A DNA stretch of 32,000 nucleotides, taken from positions 289,023-321,022 of the forward strand of contig NZ_KQ759763.1 of assembly GCF_001482195.1 (NCBI RefSeq). Reading direction: 5' to 3'. How positions within the stretch are numbered: the stretch's first letter is position 1; each line of letters starts with the position of its first letter. The position numbers and the translations under genes were made by a program. Shown piece by piece: positions 9,081 through 17,284 of the stretch. This stretch comes from Luteimonas abyssi (lineage in GTDB: Bacteria; Pseudomonadota; Gammaproteobacteria; Xanthomonadales; Xanthomonadaceae). The notes beneath the pieces are model-generated. The model saw nothing but the letters and a program-made list of their open reading frames with translations, did no database searches and was not told the DNA's origin.

Positions 9081-12000
9081 TGCGACCGAACAAGCCGAAG
9101 CCGAAGAAGCTGTCGCTGGTGCTGCCGACCACGCTCAACGTGGCGATCCCGAACAATGTCGTCGTCGGCGGGCCACCCACGGTATCGCTGCTCGCGGTGT
9201 TGATGCGGGGAGGATTCGCCCTCCTGGGCAAGCTCAACCGGACGTTCCGGCTCACCCAGCGTGCGGGTGCGGCGTTCCGGCGGTTCCGGCAGCACGCGTT
9301 CCGCAACATGAAGCCGGGCAACCTCAAGTGCAACGTCCTGCGTGCCGAGCCGGTCGATATCCGCGACGGCAGCGTCTCGGTGGTGCACGAGGACTTCGTG
9401 GTGCCCGGACGCCTGCCACTGACGTGGACGCGCGAATACGCTTCGGGCGATCGGTACGAGGGTGCATGCGGGCACGGCTGGCAGAGCCCGGCCGATGTCA
9501 GGCTGGAGTTCGACGCGGCGGATGACGTCGTCTTGCTGCACGGTCTGGGCGGCGTCAGCGTGTTTCCCGAGCGCCCCGGCGCGCCCGAAGACGGCGACGT
9601 GGTCGAGCCCATCGACGGCGCCCGTCTGGAACTCCACCGTGGCGCGGCCGGCGACGAATGGCGGGTGCGGACCAAGGACGGCCTGATCCAGTGCTTCATC
9701 GCGGCGCCGGCCGGTGTCGCCGCCATCGGCCCGCGGGTGCTGCAGATCGCACGCATCGAGGATCGCTGCGGCAATCACTGGCGGTTCGAGCGCAAGGACG
9801 GGCACCTGGTCCGCATCGTCGAAAGCGGTAGCACGGATGCGGACGGCACGCCGTTGCAGGGGCGTTACATCGAGGTGGACGCCCGCCACGGCCGCATCGA
9901 AGGTCTGCGGTTGTTCGATCCGCAGAGCGGTCTGCACCATCCGCTCGTACGCTATCGCTACGACGCCGCGGGCGACCTGGTCGCCGCCATCGACCCGCTC
10001 GGCGCCGAGCGCACGTTCGAGTATGTGCAGCACCGCATGGTCCGGCACACCGACCGCCTGGGGCTGTCCTTCAGCTACGCCTACAACGCGCGTTGGCAGG
10101 TCGTCCACGCCTGGGGCGATCATGGTCTCTACGACTATCGCTTCCGCTACGACGATGTGCTGAACGACGTCGAGATCACCGATTCTCTCGGCCACGTCTC
10201 GATCGTCAAGTTCGACGCGTACCGCCTGCCCCTGTGCGAGATCGATCCGCTCGATGGCGTGACGGTCTTCGAGTACGACGACTACGGGCGAACCACCGCC
10301 ATCGTCGACCCGATGGGCCTGCGCACCGAGTTCGCCTACGATGCGCGTGGCAACCAGACCCGTCTGGTCCAGCCCGACGGCACCGCCGTGGTCAGCGAGT
10401 ACGACGCCGACGACAACCTCGTGACGGTGACCGACCCGGGTGGCCATGCCTGGCGCCAGCACAGCGATGCGCGCGGGCTGTTGCGCGAGCAGGTCGATCC
10501 GCTCGGCGCGACGACGCGCTACGACTACGACGCCCATGGGCAGTTGATCGTGCATGCGAGCGCCCGTGGGGCGATCACCCGGATCCAGTACGACCGGCAC
10601 GGGCAATTGGCGGGTGTGATCGATCCGATGGGCCATTCCAGCCGGTTCGACCACGACGCGCTGGGCCGGCTGCTGCAACAGCATGATCCGCTCGACCAGG
10701 TGACGACCTACAGCTACGACGCCAAGGGCCGGCTGCTGGACGTGCGTTCGCCGGGCGGCGGGCAGGTGCGTTGCGAATACGACGCGGAGGATCAACTGAT
10801 CCGCTATGTGGACGAGGCCGGCGCACAGACCCGGTTGCAGTACGTGGGCATCGGCCAGATCGCCAAGCGGATCCAGCCGGACGGGCATACGGTGGAGTAC
10901 CACTACGACACCGAAGAGCAGCTGGTCGGACTGACCAATCAGCGCGGCGAACGTCACGAACTCAAGCGCGATGCGCTGGGACGCATCGTCGAGGAAGTGG
11001 ACTATTGGGGCCAGGCGCGTCGCTACGAGTACGACGCCGCAGGCCGCTTGCGCGCCACTATCGACCCGCTCGGACAGCGGATCGGCTTCGACACCGATCC
11101 GCTGGGTCGCATCGTCCGCAAGCGGTTACCGGATCTGCGGCAGCCGGGTCGGCAGGTGACCGAGGGCTTCAAGTACGACGCGCTCGGGCAACTGGTCGAA
11201 CTGCGCAATCCCAGCCGGCATGCCGTGCGCCGGTTCGATCCCGCCGGACGCCTGGTCGAAGAGGTTCAGGACGGCTTTGCGGTGACATGCGGGTACGACG
11301 CCGACGGCAACCGCACGCTGCGCGAGACCGGCGCGGGCCATCGGGTCGCGTGCACCTACGACCTGCGCGGGCAGGTGATCGAGATCGGCATCGACGACGA
11401 AGCGCCGATCCGTATCGAGCGGGACGCGCTCGGTCGTGCCACCCACGAACAGCTTGGCGAGCACGTCCAGCGTCGCTTCGACTACGACGCGCGCAACCTG
11501 CTGACCGCGCAGCGCGTCCTGCGCGATGTCGCGCCGCTGTTCGACACCGCCTACGGCTACGACACCGCCGGCAACCTCACCCGGCGCGCCGACAGCCAGC
11601 AGGGCACCGACGAATACCGCTACGACATCCTCGGCCGGCTGCTGCAGCACACCGATCCGAAATCGCGCGTGGAACGCTTCTTCAACGATCCGGCCGGCGA
11701 CCGCCTGCAGACCCGAATCCACGAGGTGAAGCTGCGCAAGGTGGTGGGCGGCGAGGACGAGGATCAGGTCCAGTGGACGCGCGAGGGCACCTACGAGGGC
11801 GTGCATTACGTGTTCGACCGCGCCGGCGACCTGATCCGCAAGGGCCGCCCCGGCGGCCCGGATGCCGGCGATCTGGACCTGGTCTGGGACGCCAACCATC
11901 GCCTGGCCGAGAGTCGCCGCGGCGGCCAGACCACCACCTACGGTTACGACCCGCTGGGCCGGCGCGTGTTCAAGCGCAATCCCACCCACACCACGTGGTT

Positions 12001-13393
12001 CTACTGGGACGGCGACGCCCTGCTGGGCGAAGTGAAGCAGGCCAACGACGACCCCGAGGCCGCGCCGCTGTGGGTCGGCAACGTGGCCGATCTGGCGGGG
12101 GCTCGCAAGCGGCGGGACCGGTTGAAGGCGTTGCATGCGCGCACGCGGGAGTACGTGTACTACCCGGGGACCTTCGTGCCGTTGGCGTTGATCGATCCCC
12201 CTGTCGCCATGGGCACGTCGAGTCAGAACATCGCCGTAGATGATGCGCAGAAGCCGCATTCGGGCCCCGTCGGATCGGCGTCCTCGCGGGACCTGCCTGG
12301 AGCGGCGCCGCAAGCCACGGCTGGACGGGGCGTGCCAGCCGATCCCGGCACCTCCGGGCTGGGCCTGCCGGGGGGACTGCACCTGCGGGCATCCGCACAG
12401 CACGTCGCCCTAGGGGATCGCCCAGCGTCGGGCCTTGTCCTGGGCGGGGCGGGGGCGGTGTTGGGGGCGGGCCGCGTGTTGGACGGGGGACGTGGGAAAG
12501 AGACCGTGCTGGGCGGCGATGTCGCTCCCGGGGCCGGCATCCCACGGCCTGGGAACGGCGGTCGCGAGGTCGAGGCGGTGGCGGGTCCTGCGGGTCGGCG
12601 CAAGGACGTTCCGGCGCTCCCCCGTCCGCGGCCGGGCGCAACCGAAGACGCCCAGTCGAACACAACGAACCGCGTGTTTCATTTTCATGTGGATCCCAAT
12701 GGATGCCCTTTCCGATTGAGCGGCTCGTCCGGGCAGATCGTATGGTCGGGCACCTTGACCGCCTGGGGCCTCATGGCCGATGCGGGCGGGAGCAGTATCG
12801 ACAATCCGCTCCGATTCCAGGGGCAGTACTTCGACGAAGAAACGGGACTGTCCTACAACAGATATCGATACTACGACCCCCACACGGGACAGTACGTGGG
12901 ACGCGATCCCATCGGTCTGCTGGGTGGCATGAATCCGTACCAGTACGGTCCCAACGGGCAGCAGTGGATCGACCCGCTCGGTCTGGCCAAGGCGAAGATC
13001 GACCCGGCCACCGGCGTTCACAGGATGCCGCCCTGGATGCCGGGCATGCGTGGCTGGGAGAGGCAACATCTCGTGCCCTTCGCGGTCTGGCGCGACTTCA
13101 TGCCGCAGTTGACGCAACTGGGTCTGACCATGGCGGATGTCAACGGTGCACACAACATGATGTACATGCCGCGATTCGCGTCCGCGAGGCCGGCGCAGTA
13201 TCCCAACATGGGCTTGCATCGCGGCTTCCATCCGATGCATACCGCATACAATCAGCGCGTCGCCCGCGAACTCCGCCAACTCATGGCCGGCCTTCAGGGC
13301 AGGAGCTCCTCCGAGGCGAGGGCGGCATTCAGGCAGTTCCAGTTCAGTCTCAGACAGAGAACCCGGACGGGTCGGGTTACGTGCGCGAGGTAG
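8702..13393 (+). CDS. PAAR-domain Rhs-family polymorphic toxin (T6SS effector), 1563 aa
   Basis: In frame inside ORF 8024..13393. The start is taken at ATG 8702 (SD GGAG 8 nt upstream; overlaps the upstream stop). N-terminal PAAR-like domain. DUF6531-like segment (RAEPVDIRDGSVSVVHEDFVVPGRLPLTWTREYAS...GHGWQSP). Dozens of YD repeats (YDAAGDLVAAIDPLG, YDARGNQTRLVQPDG, YDAHGQL, YDAKGRLL...). Rhs core end motif (NPLRFQGQYFDEETGLSYNRYRYYDPHTGQYVGRDPIGL ... QQWIDPLGL), followed by a 135-aa C-terminal extension. Confidence 0.95.
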   Translation: MTVAAKHFDPQLGIDIHMYVFPPLPLPIPLPTPHIGIVMDPFDYIPVIGAKTHVNGVKRASAASMGLDIHIPLGLFHPAFAPKLPTGPHFDDEIFMGSKTVAADGLPFSRLTMPVLSCQAFGMIAPVRPNKPKPKKLSLVLPTTLNVAIPNNVVVGGPPTVSLLAVLMRGGFALLGKLNRTFRLTQRAGAAFRRFRQHAFRNMKPGNLKCNVLRAEPVDIRDGSVSVVHEDFVVPGRLPLTWTREYASGDRYEGACGHGWQSPADVRLEFDAADDVVLLHGLGGVSVFPERPGAPEDGDVVEPIDGARLELHRGAAGDEWRVRTKDGLIQCFIAAPAGVAAIGPRVLQIARIEDRCGNHWRFERKDGHLVRIVESGSTDADGTPLQGRYIEVDARHGRIEGLRLFDPQSGLHHPLVRYRYDAAGDLVAAIDPLGAERTFEYVQHRMVRHTDRLGLSFSYAYNARWQVVHAWGDHGLYDYRFRYDDVLNDVEITDSLGHVSIVKFDAYRLPLCEIDPLDGVTVFEYDDYGRTTAIVDPMGLRTEFAYDARGNQTRLVQPDGTAVVSEYDADDNLVTVTDPGGHAWRQHSDARGLLREQVDPLGATTRYDYDAHGQLIVHASARGAITRIQYDRHGQLAGVIDPMGHSSRFDHDALGRLLQQHDPLDQVTTYSYDAKGRLLDVRSPGGGQVRCEYDAEDQLIRYVDEAGAQTRLQYVGIGQIAKRIQPDGHTVEYHYDTEEQLVGLTNQRGERHELKRDALGRIVEEVDYWGQARRYEYDAAGRLRATIDPLGQRIGFDTDPLGRIVRKRLPDLRQPGRQVTEGFKYDALGQLVELRNPSRHAVRRFDPAGRLVEEVQDGFAVTCGYDADGNRTLRETGAGHRVACTYDLRGQVIEIGIDDEAPIRIERDALGRATHEQLGEHVQRRFDYDARNLLTAQRVLRDVAPLFDTAYGYDTAGNLTRRADSQQGTDEYRYDILGRLLQHTDPKSRVERFFNDPAGDRLQTRIHEVKLRKVVGGEDEDQVQWTREGTYEGVHYVFDRAGDLIRKGRPGGPDAGDLDLVWDANHRLAESRRGGQTTTYGYDPLGRRVFKRNPTHTTWFYWDGDALLGEVKQANDDPEAAPLWVGNVADLAGARKRRDRLKALHARTREYVYYPGTFVPLALIDPPVAMGTSSQNIAVDDAQKPHSGPVGSASSRDLPGAAPQATAGRGVPADPGTSGLGLPGGLHLRASAQHVALGDRPASGLVLGGAGAVLGAGRVLDGGRGKETVLGGDVAPGAGIPRPGNGGREVEAVAGPAGRRKDVPALPRPRPGATEDAQSNTTNRVFHFHVDPNGCPFRLSGSSGQIVWSGTLTAWGLMADAGGSSIDNPLRFQGQYFDEETGLSYNRYRYYDPHTGQYVGRDPIGLLGGMNPYQYGPNGQQWIDPLGLAKAKIDPATGVHRMPPWMPGMRGWERQHLVPFAVWRDFMPQLTQLGLTMADVNGAHNMMYMPRFASARPAQYPNMGLHRGFHPMHTAYNQRVARELRQLMAGLQGRSSSEARAAFRQFQFSLRQRTRTGRVTCAR
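12197..12673 (+). other. ~159-aa Gly/Ala/Pro-rich low-complexity insertion within the Rhs core domain
   Basis: Lies between the conserved YYPGTFVPLALID and VFHFHVDPNGCPFRLSG...VWSGTLTAWG core elements. In Rhs proteins I know, these are separated by only a short loop. The reading frame stays open throughout. Confidence 0.7.
12986..13390 (+). other. Rhs C-terminal toxin domain, putative HNH/EndoVII-fold nuclease of the AHH-like clade
   Basis: Begins right after DPLGL (nt 12971-12985). Pattern ERQHLVP...DVNGAHNMMYMP...GLHRGFHPMHTAYNQRVARELRQL matches the AHH-family layout (AHH-[LI][IV]P ... N..N...LP ... H.G.H..Y...V). The AHH triad reads RQH here (His1456). Confidence 0.5.
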
Positions 13394-13400
13394 CACATTG

Positions 13401-13937
13401 ATGGCCGAAGGATGTTTCCAACTCTTGAGTCCGAGCCGGTTCGGTGATTTCTCGATCGCAATGCGAGGAGAGGACGAATACGGGACCGGGTACTTCGTCG
13501 ACGGAGTCACCGAGGCGATCGAGATCGCCCGCGTGGATGTCGACGTGGATGTGAGCATCCAGGCCTTCCGCAAGGCTGCGCCGGATTACTTGCAGACGAC
13601 GAAGGGAGTGCCTCTTGTCTCACAGGCGTTCAGAGACGAGGCGCTTGTCCACTTTGCGAACGACATCGACGTCGTCGAGGCGCAGTTGCATCTTAATGGA
13701 GGGACTGTCGATTTCTTCGCGCTGCGGTTGAAGGCATTGGCGCTGATCGACGTCGATAGGTCGCTGTTCTCGGACATCGGTGGTATCCGGATACTGACCG
13801 ATCCCGTGTTCGATCCATCAGTGCCGGACTTCTATCTGGCCCGCGACGAGGCGTTCAGGGACTTCATCGTTGCGTCCGGTGCGCTGGTCGCGCTGATCGT
13901 CGATAAAAAACTGCGAGTGGAGTACATGCAGTATTGA
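13401..13937 (+). CDS. Putative cognate immunity protein for the Rhs C-terminal toxin (178 aa, cytoplasmic, acidic)
   Basis: ATG at 13401, 7 nt after the Rhs stop. The track begins the ORF at TTG 13398 and lists it as 179 aa. GAGG lies 10 nt upstream of the ATG. Same strand as the toxin, no signal peptide or TM segment. Clearly more A/T-ending codons than the flanking genes (gat aaa aaa ctg cga; ctt aat gga). Family not recognised. Confidence 0.6.
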   Translation: MAEGCFQLLSPSRFGDFSIAMRGEDEYGTGYFVDGVTEAIEIARVDVDVDVSIQAFRKAAPDYLQTTKGVPLVSQAFRDEALVHFANDIDVVEAQLHLNGGTVDFFALRLKALALIDVDRSLFSDIGGIRILTDPVFDPSVPDFYLARDEAFRDFIVASGALVALIVDKKLRVEYMQY

Positions 13938-14065
13938 GGCCGTATCGAGGCCGTCGACTGGCACGGGCTGTCATGCATTGAGAGACCGGCGCACCTCCAC
14001 TGTTTTCCGGATCCAAGCGAAGGCAGTCGCCGGCCGCACGCCCACCTGCCCCACTCGTGCTGTAC

Positions 14066-14089
14066 GGAGCGGGTCGGCAGACCCGCTCC
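14066..14089. terminator. 10-bp GC-rich hairpin between convergent genes (possible bidirectional terminator at the island's right boundary)
   Basis: ggagcgggtc-ggca-gacccgctcc. It lies 129 nt after the immunity gene stop and 29 nt after the stop of the minus-strand 86-aa gene. No clear T-tract. Confidence 0.4.
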
Positions 14090-14117
14090 GCCAGTCAGCG
14101 CCCCTCCAGCCGAACGT

Positions 14118-14378
14118 CTAATCGTCGGCGGTACTTTCCTCGGCGTTGAACCGGCGCGCATACGCGCGCTCTTCACTGATGCGAGCGACTTCAGCGTCCG
14201 GCAGTTCCGGCGCACCATAGACGGCGTAGGCGATCTCGCCATCCTGGTGGCCCAGGCGGCGCAGCCGGTAGCGGGTCGCGCCGGAGCCGGTATCGGGCGG
14301 GTAATGGACCGGCGGGGTGTCGCCTTCCAGATCGACCTCGCCATTGTCGACGGGGCCTCCGACGAAGAGTGCGCGCAT
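14118..14378 (-). CDS. Small hypothetical protein (86 aa)
   Basis: C-terminal part of ORF 14118..15242. The rest of that ORF is antisense to the methyltransferase gene, so only MRALFVGGPVDNGEVDLEGD...EESTADD (ATG at 14378) is plausible. GC3-rich. No family recognised. Confidence 0.45.
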   Translation of the reverse strand: MRALFVGGPVDNGEVDLEGDTPPVHYPPDTGSGATRYRLRRLGHQDGEIAYAVYGAPELPDAEVARISEERAYARRFNAEESTADD

Positions 14379-14663
14379 GTGGGATGTCCTGTGCGGAAGA
14401 GATGCTCGCAGGGTGGCGGTCCGGATGTTCGGTGTCGATGAAATCGGCATGAGCGATGCGTACATTGCGCTTGCGGTCACGACCGTAGCGGTGGGGGCGG
14501 TGGCTTGAGCGGCGGGCCGAAGGGGCGGGCAGGACAGCGATCGCGTGGTGGCGACGCGACACGCTGGCGCCTGGATGAACGCACGCGTCGCGACGCCGAC
14601 ATCATTCGGCGCCCGCTGGGCGGGTTCCGTAGAATCCGCAGTCCGCCCGCCTCGTGAACCGCC

Positions 14664-15698
14664 GTGTCCGATCCTGCGCTCGATGCCTTGATGTTGCCCT
14701 TCGCCGAAGCGCGCCTGGCGCGCGTGCCCGGCGCGCTGTTTCTCGGCGCGCGGGCCGGCGTCGCCCTGCATGCATCGCAATGGCCCGGCCTGGTGTGCGT
14801 GCAGGGATTCAGGCCGCAGGCGCAGGCGCTCGAGCGCGACGGGTTCGCTGTGCGCGACGACATCGATGCGTTGGCCGGCGATGCGGGCTGGCCGCTGGTG
14901 CTGGTGGTGCCGCCGCGGCAACGCGAAGCCGCGCGTGCCCTGTATGCGCAGGCGTTGGCCCTGGCGGCGCCGGATGCGATGGTCGTGTCGGCGGTGCCGA
15001 ACGAGGAAGGCGCGAAGTCGGCGGAAGCCGACTTCGTGCGGATCGCGGGTCCTGCTGGGTCGTTGTCGAAGCACAAATGCCGGGTGTTCTGGGCGCGGGC
15101 TGGTGCCGGCGGCGACGCTACGCTCGCCGCCGCCTGGCGCGAGGGCGACGCGATCCGCGAGGTCGCGTCCGGCTGGTGGAGCCGGCCCGGCGTGTTCGCC
15201 TGGGACCGGATCGACATCGCGTCGGCGTTGTTGATCGAGCATCTGCCGGACACGCTCGCCGGCGACGGCGCCGATCTCGGCGCGGGGACCGGCGTGCTGG
15301 CGGCTGCGGTCCTACGGCGCTGCCCCCAGGTCCGTACCCTCGACCTGTACGAGGCCGACGCGCGTGCGCTGGCACTGGCCGGGCGCAACCTCGCGGCCCT
15401 GGGGACGAAGGCGTCCGTAGGGCTGCGCTGGCACGACGTCGGCGGTGGCCTGCCGCGGCGCTACGACTTCATCGTCACCAATCCGCCGTTCCACGCGCAG
15501 GGGCGTGCCTCCCGGCCCGAGCTGGGGCAGGCGTTCCTGCGCACGGCCGCCGCGGCGTTGCGTCCCGGCGGCGCGCTGTGGCTGGTGGCCAATCGGCAGT
15601 TGCCCTACGAACAGACGCTGGGTGAGGGCTTCGCGGAGGTGCGCACGGTGGCGCAACGCGACGGATTCAAGATCATCGCCGCGAGGCGTGCCGCATGA
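14664..15698 (+). CDS. rsmC: Class I SAM-dependent rRNA methyltransferase, RsmC-like (16S rRNA m2G)
   Basis: 344 aa with a GTG start. SAM-binding motif DLGAGTGVLA and catalytic TNPPFH motif. Two-domain size as in E. coli RsmC. TAGAAT -10-like hexamer about 30 nt upstream. Stop overlaps the rsuA start (ATGA). Confidence 0.7.
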   Translation: MSDPALDALMLPFAEARLARVPGALFLGARAGVALHASQWPGLVCVQGFRPQAQALERDGFAVRDDIDALAGDAGWPLVLVVPPRQREAARALYAQALALAAPDAMVVSAVPNEEGAKSAEADFVRIAGPAGSLSKHKCRVFWARAGAGGDATLAAAWREGDAIREVASGWWSRPGVFAWDRIDIASALLIEHLPDTLAGDGADLGAGTGVLAAAVLRRCPQVRTLDLYEADARALALAGRNLAALGTKASVGLRWHDVGGGLPRRYDFIVTNPPFHAQGRASRPELGQAFLRTAAAALRPGGALWLVANRQLPYEQTLGEGFAEVRTVAQRDGFKIIAARRAA

Positions 15699-16402
15699 AG
15701 CTCGTGCGCCTGTTGGCGAATCTCGGCTACGGCAGCCGCAAGCAGGCAACGTCGCTGTGCCGGCAGGGCCGGGTGACCGATGCCAGCGGCGAGGTGCTGT
15801 ACGCCGACGACGTGGTCGATCCGGCCGAGGTGCGCGTGGATGGCGTACCGCTGGACCCGCCGCACGGCCTCGTGCTGATGTTGCACAAGCCGGTCGGCTA
15901 CACCTGTTCCACCAAGGATCCAGGGCGCGTGGTGTACGACCTGCTGCCGCCGCGCTTCCGGCTGCGCAATCCGGCGCTGTCGCCGGTCGGCCGCCTGGAC
16001 CGCGACACCACCGGCCTGCTGCTGATGACCGACGACGGCACGCTGCTGCACCGGATCGTGTCGCCGAAGTCGGCATTGCCCAAGGTCTACGTGGCCACGC
16101 TGGCTCGCGATCTGCGCGGCGACGAGGCGGCGGTGTTCGCGAGTGGCGCACTGCTGCTGGAGTCCGACGACAAGCCCCTGATGCCGGCGGGGATGGAGGT
16201 GCTCGGCCCACGATGCGCGCGGCTGACCCTGCACGAAGGCCGCTACCACCAGGTGCGGCGGATGTTCGCTGCCGTCGGCAACCACGTCGAGGCCCTGCAT
16301 CGCGAGCGCATCGGCGGGCTGACGCTCGCCCCCCTGGCCGAGGGCGCCTGGCGCGCACTGACGGGCGAAGATGTGGCGCGCCTGTTCGGAACCGCGACGT
16401 GA
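15695..16402 (+). CDS. rsuA: 16S rRNA pseudouridine(516) synthase RsuA
   Basis: S4-like N-terminus (LLANLGYGSRKQATSLCRQGRVT), catalytic GRLDRDTTGLLLMTDDG, and EGRYHQVRRMFAAVGNHVEALHRERIGGL. The last block is nearly identical to the E. coli RsuA C-terminal block. Confidence 0.9.
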   Translation: MKLVRLLANLGYGSRKQATSLCRQGRVTDASGEVLYADDVVDPAEVRVDGVPLDPPHGLVLMLHKPVGYTCSTKDPGRVVYDLLPPRFRLRNPALSPVGRLDRDTTGLLLMTDDGTLLHRIVSPKSALPKVYVATLARDLRGDEAAVFASGALLLESDDKPLMPAGMEVLGPRCARLTLHEGRYHQVRRMFAAVGNHVEALHRERIGGLTLAPLAEGAWRALTGEDVARLFGTAT

Positions 16403-16437
16403 CCGGGTCCGCTGGCCTTCCCGTGTCTGCGGAGCAC

Positions 16438-17172
16438 ATGCCCGAGGTGAACCGTTCACCGGCGGACGGATCGGACACGGCCGGGCCTGGTCCCGAGCCG
16501 CTCGCCGGCCTGCCCGACGCGGTGATCTTCGACATGGACGGCCTGCTGCTCGAGAGCGAGCGGGCCATCGTGGAGACCCAGCGCCAGGCGGCCGCGGCGC
16601 TGCAGGTGGCGATCGAGCCGGCCTGGTGGCTGGGCATGGTCGGCTACACCGACGCCATGTGCCGGGAGCGACTGGTCGCACTGGTCGGGAAGGTCACGGC
16701 GGACGCGCTGCTCGCGCGGAGCCAGGCCGCGTATCTGGCGATCGCCGAGGCGGGCCTGCCGCACCGGCCGGGCGTCGTCGCGTTGCTGGACTGGCTGCGC
16801 GCGGCCCAGGTGCCATGCGCGGTGGCGACGTCCACGGGGCACCCGCTGGCGGAACGCAAGCTGGCCGCCGCGGGGCTGCTCGACTACTTCGACACGGTCT
16901 GCACCAGCAGCGACGTGGCGCAGCCCAAGCCGGCGCCCGACATCTATCGCCTCGCGGCGCGTCGCCTCGGCGTGCCGCCCGCGCGTTGCCTGGCGTTGGA
17001 GGACTCGCCCACCGGTGTGCGCGCGGCACTCGCCGCGGGCATGACGGCGATCCAGGTGCCGGATCTGGTGGACCCCGATGCCGGCGTGCGCGCGCTCGGG
17101 CACCGGATCGTCGCGTCGCTCGCCGATGTGCAGGCCCTGCTGGAAGCCGCAGCCAGCGGCGCCCATCGCTGA
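16438..17172 (+). CDS. HAD-superfamily hydrolase (phosphatase / beta-phosphoglucomutase-like subfamily IA)
   Basis: In frame inside ORF 15445..17172. Motif I FDMDGLLLES, motif II ATST, motif III/IV KPAPDIY ... EDSPTGVRAALAAGM. An alternative GTG start at 16399 overlaps the rsuA stop. Confidence 0.8.
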   Translation: MPEVNRSPADGSDTAGPGPEPLAGLPDAVIFDMDGLLLESERAIVETQRQAAAALQVAIEPAWWLGMVGYTDAMCRERLVALVGKVTADALLARSQAAYLAIAEAGLPHRPGVVALLDWLRAAQVPCAVATSTGHPLAERKLAAAGLLDYFDTVCTSSDVAQPKPAPDIYRLAARRLGVPPARCLALEDSPTGVRAALAAGMTAIQVPDLVDPDAGVRALGHRIVASLADVQALLEAAASGAHR

Positions 17173-17284
17173 TTCCGGAACCGAGCTGTCGCGGATGCGG
17201 GTTTCGACATGACGGTCCTCGACGACCGTCTCGTCGCGTCGTGCTGCAGGAGGCGACGCGGCACGGCCTGCACGTTCCGCCGGC

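Noticed and set aside
12223-12665. Whether the low-complexity stretch inside rhs hides a separate gene: ORFs 12223..12663(-), 11970..12665(-), 12435..12719(+).
   Set aside because: All alternative-frame translations are Arg/Pro/Ala-rich with no motifs or SD. The rhs frame stays open and reconnects to conserved Rhs core motifs on both sides.
13401-13937. Assigning the immunity candidate to Imm11/DUF1629.
   Set aside because: There is only a vague resemblance in one C-terminal segment. Without a profile search the family call would be a guess, so the gene is reported as an unclassified putative immunity gene.
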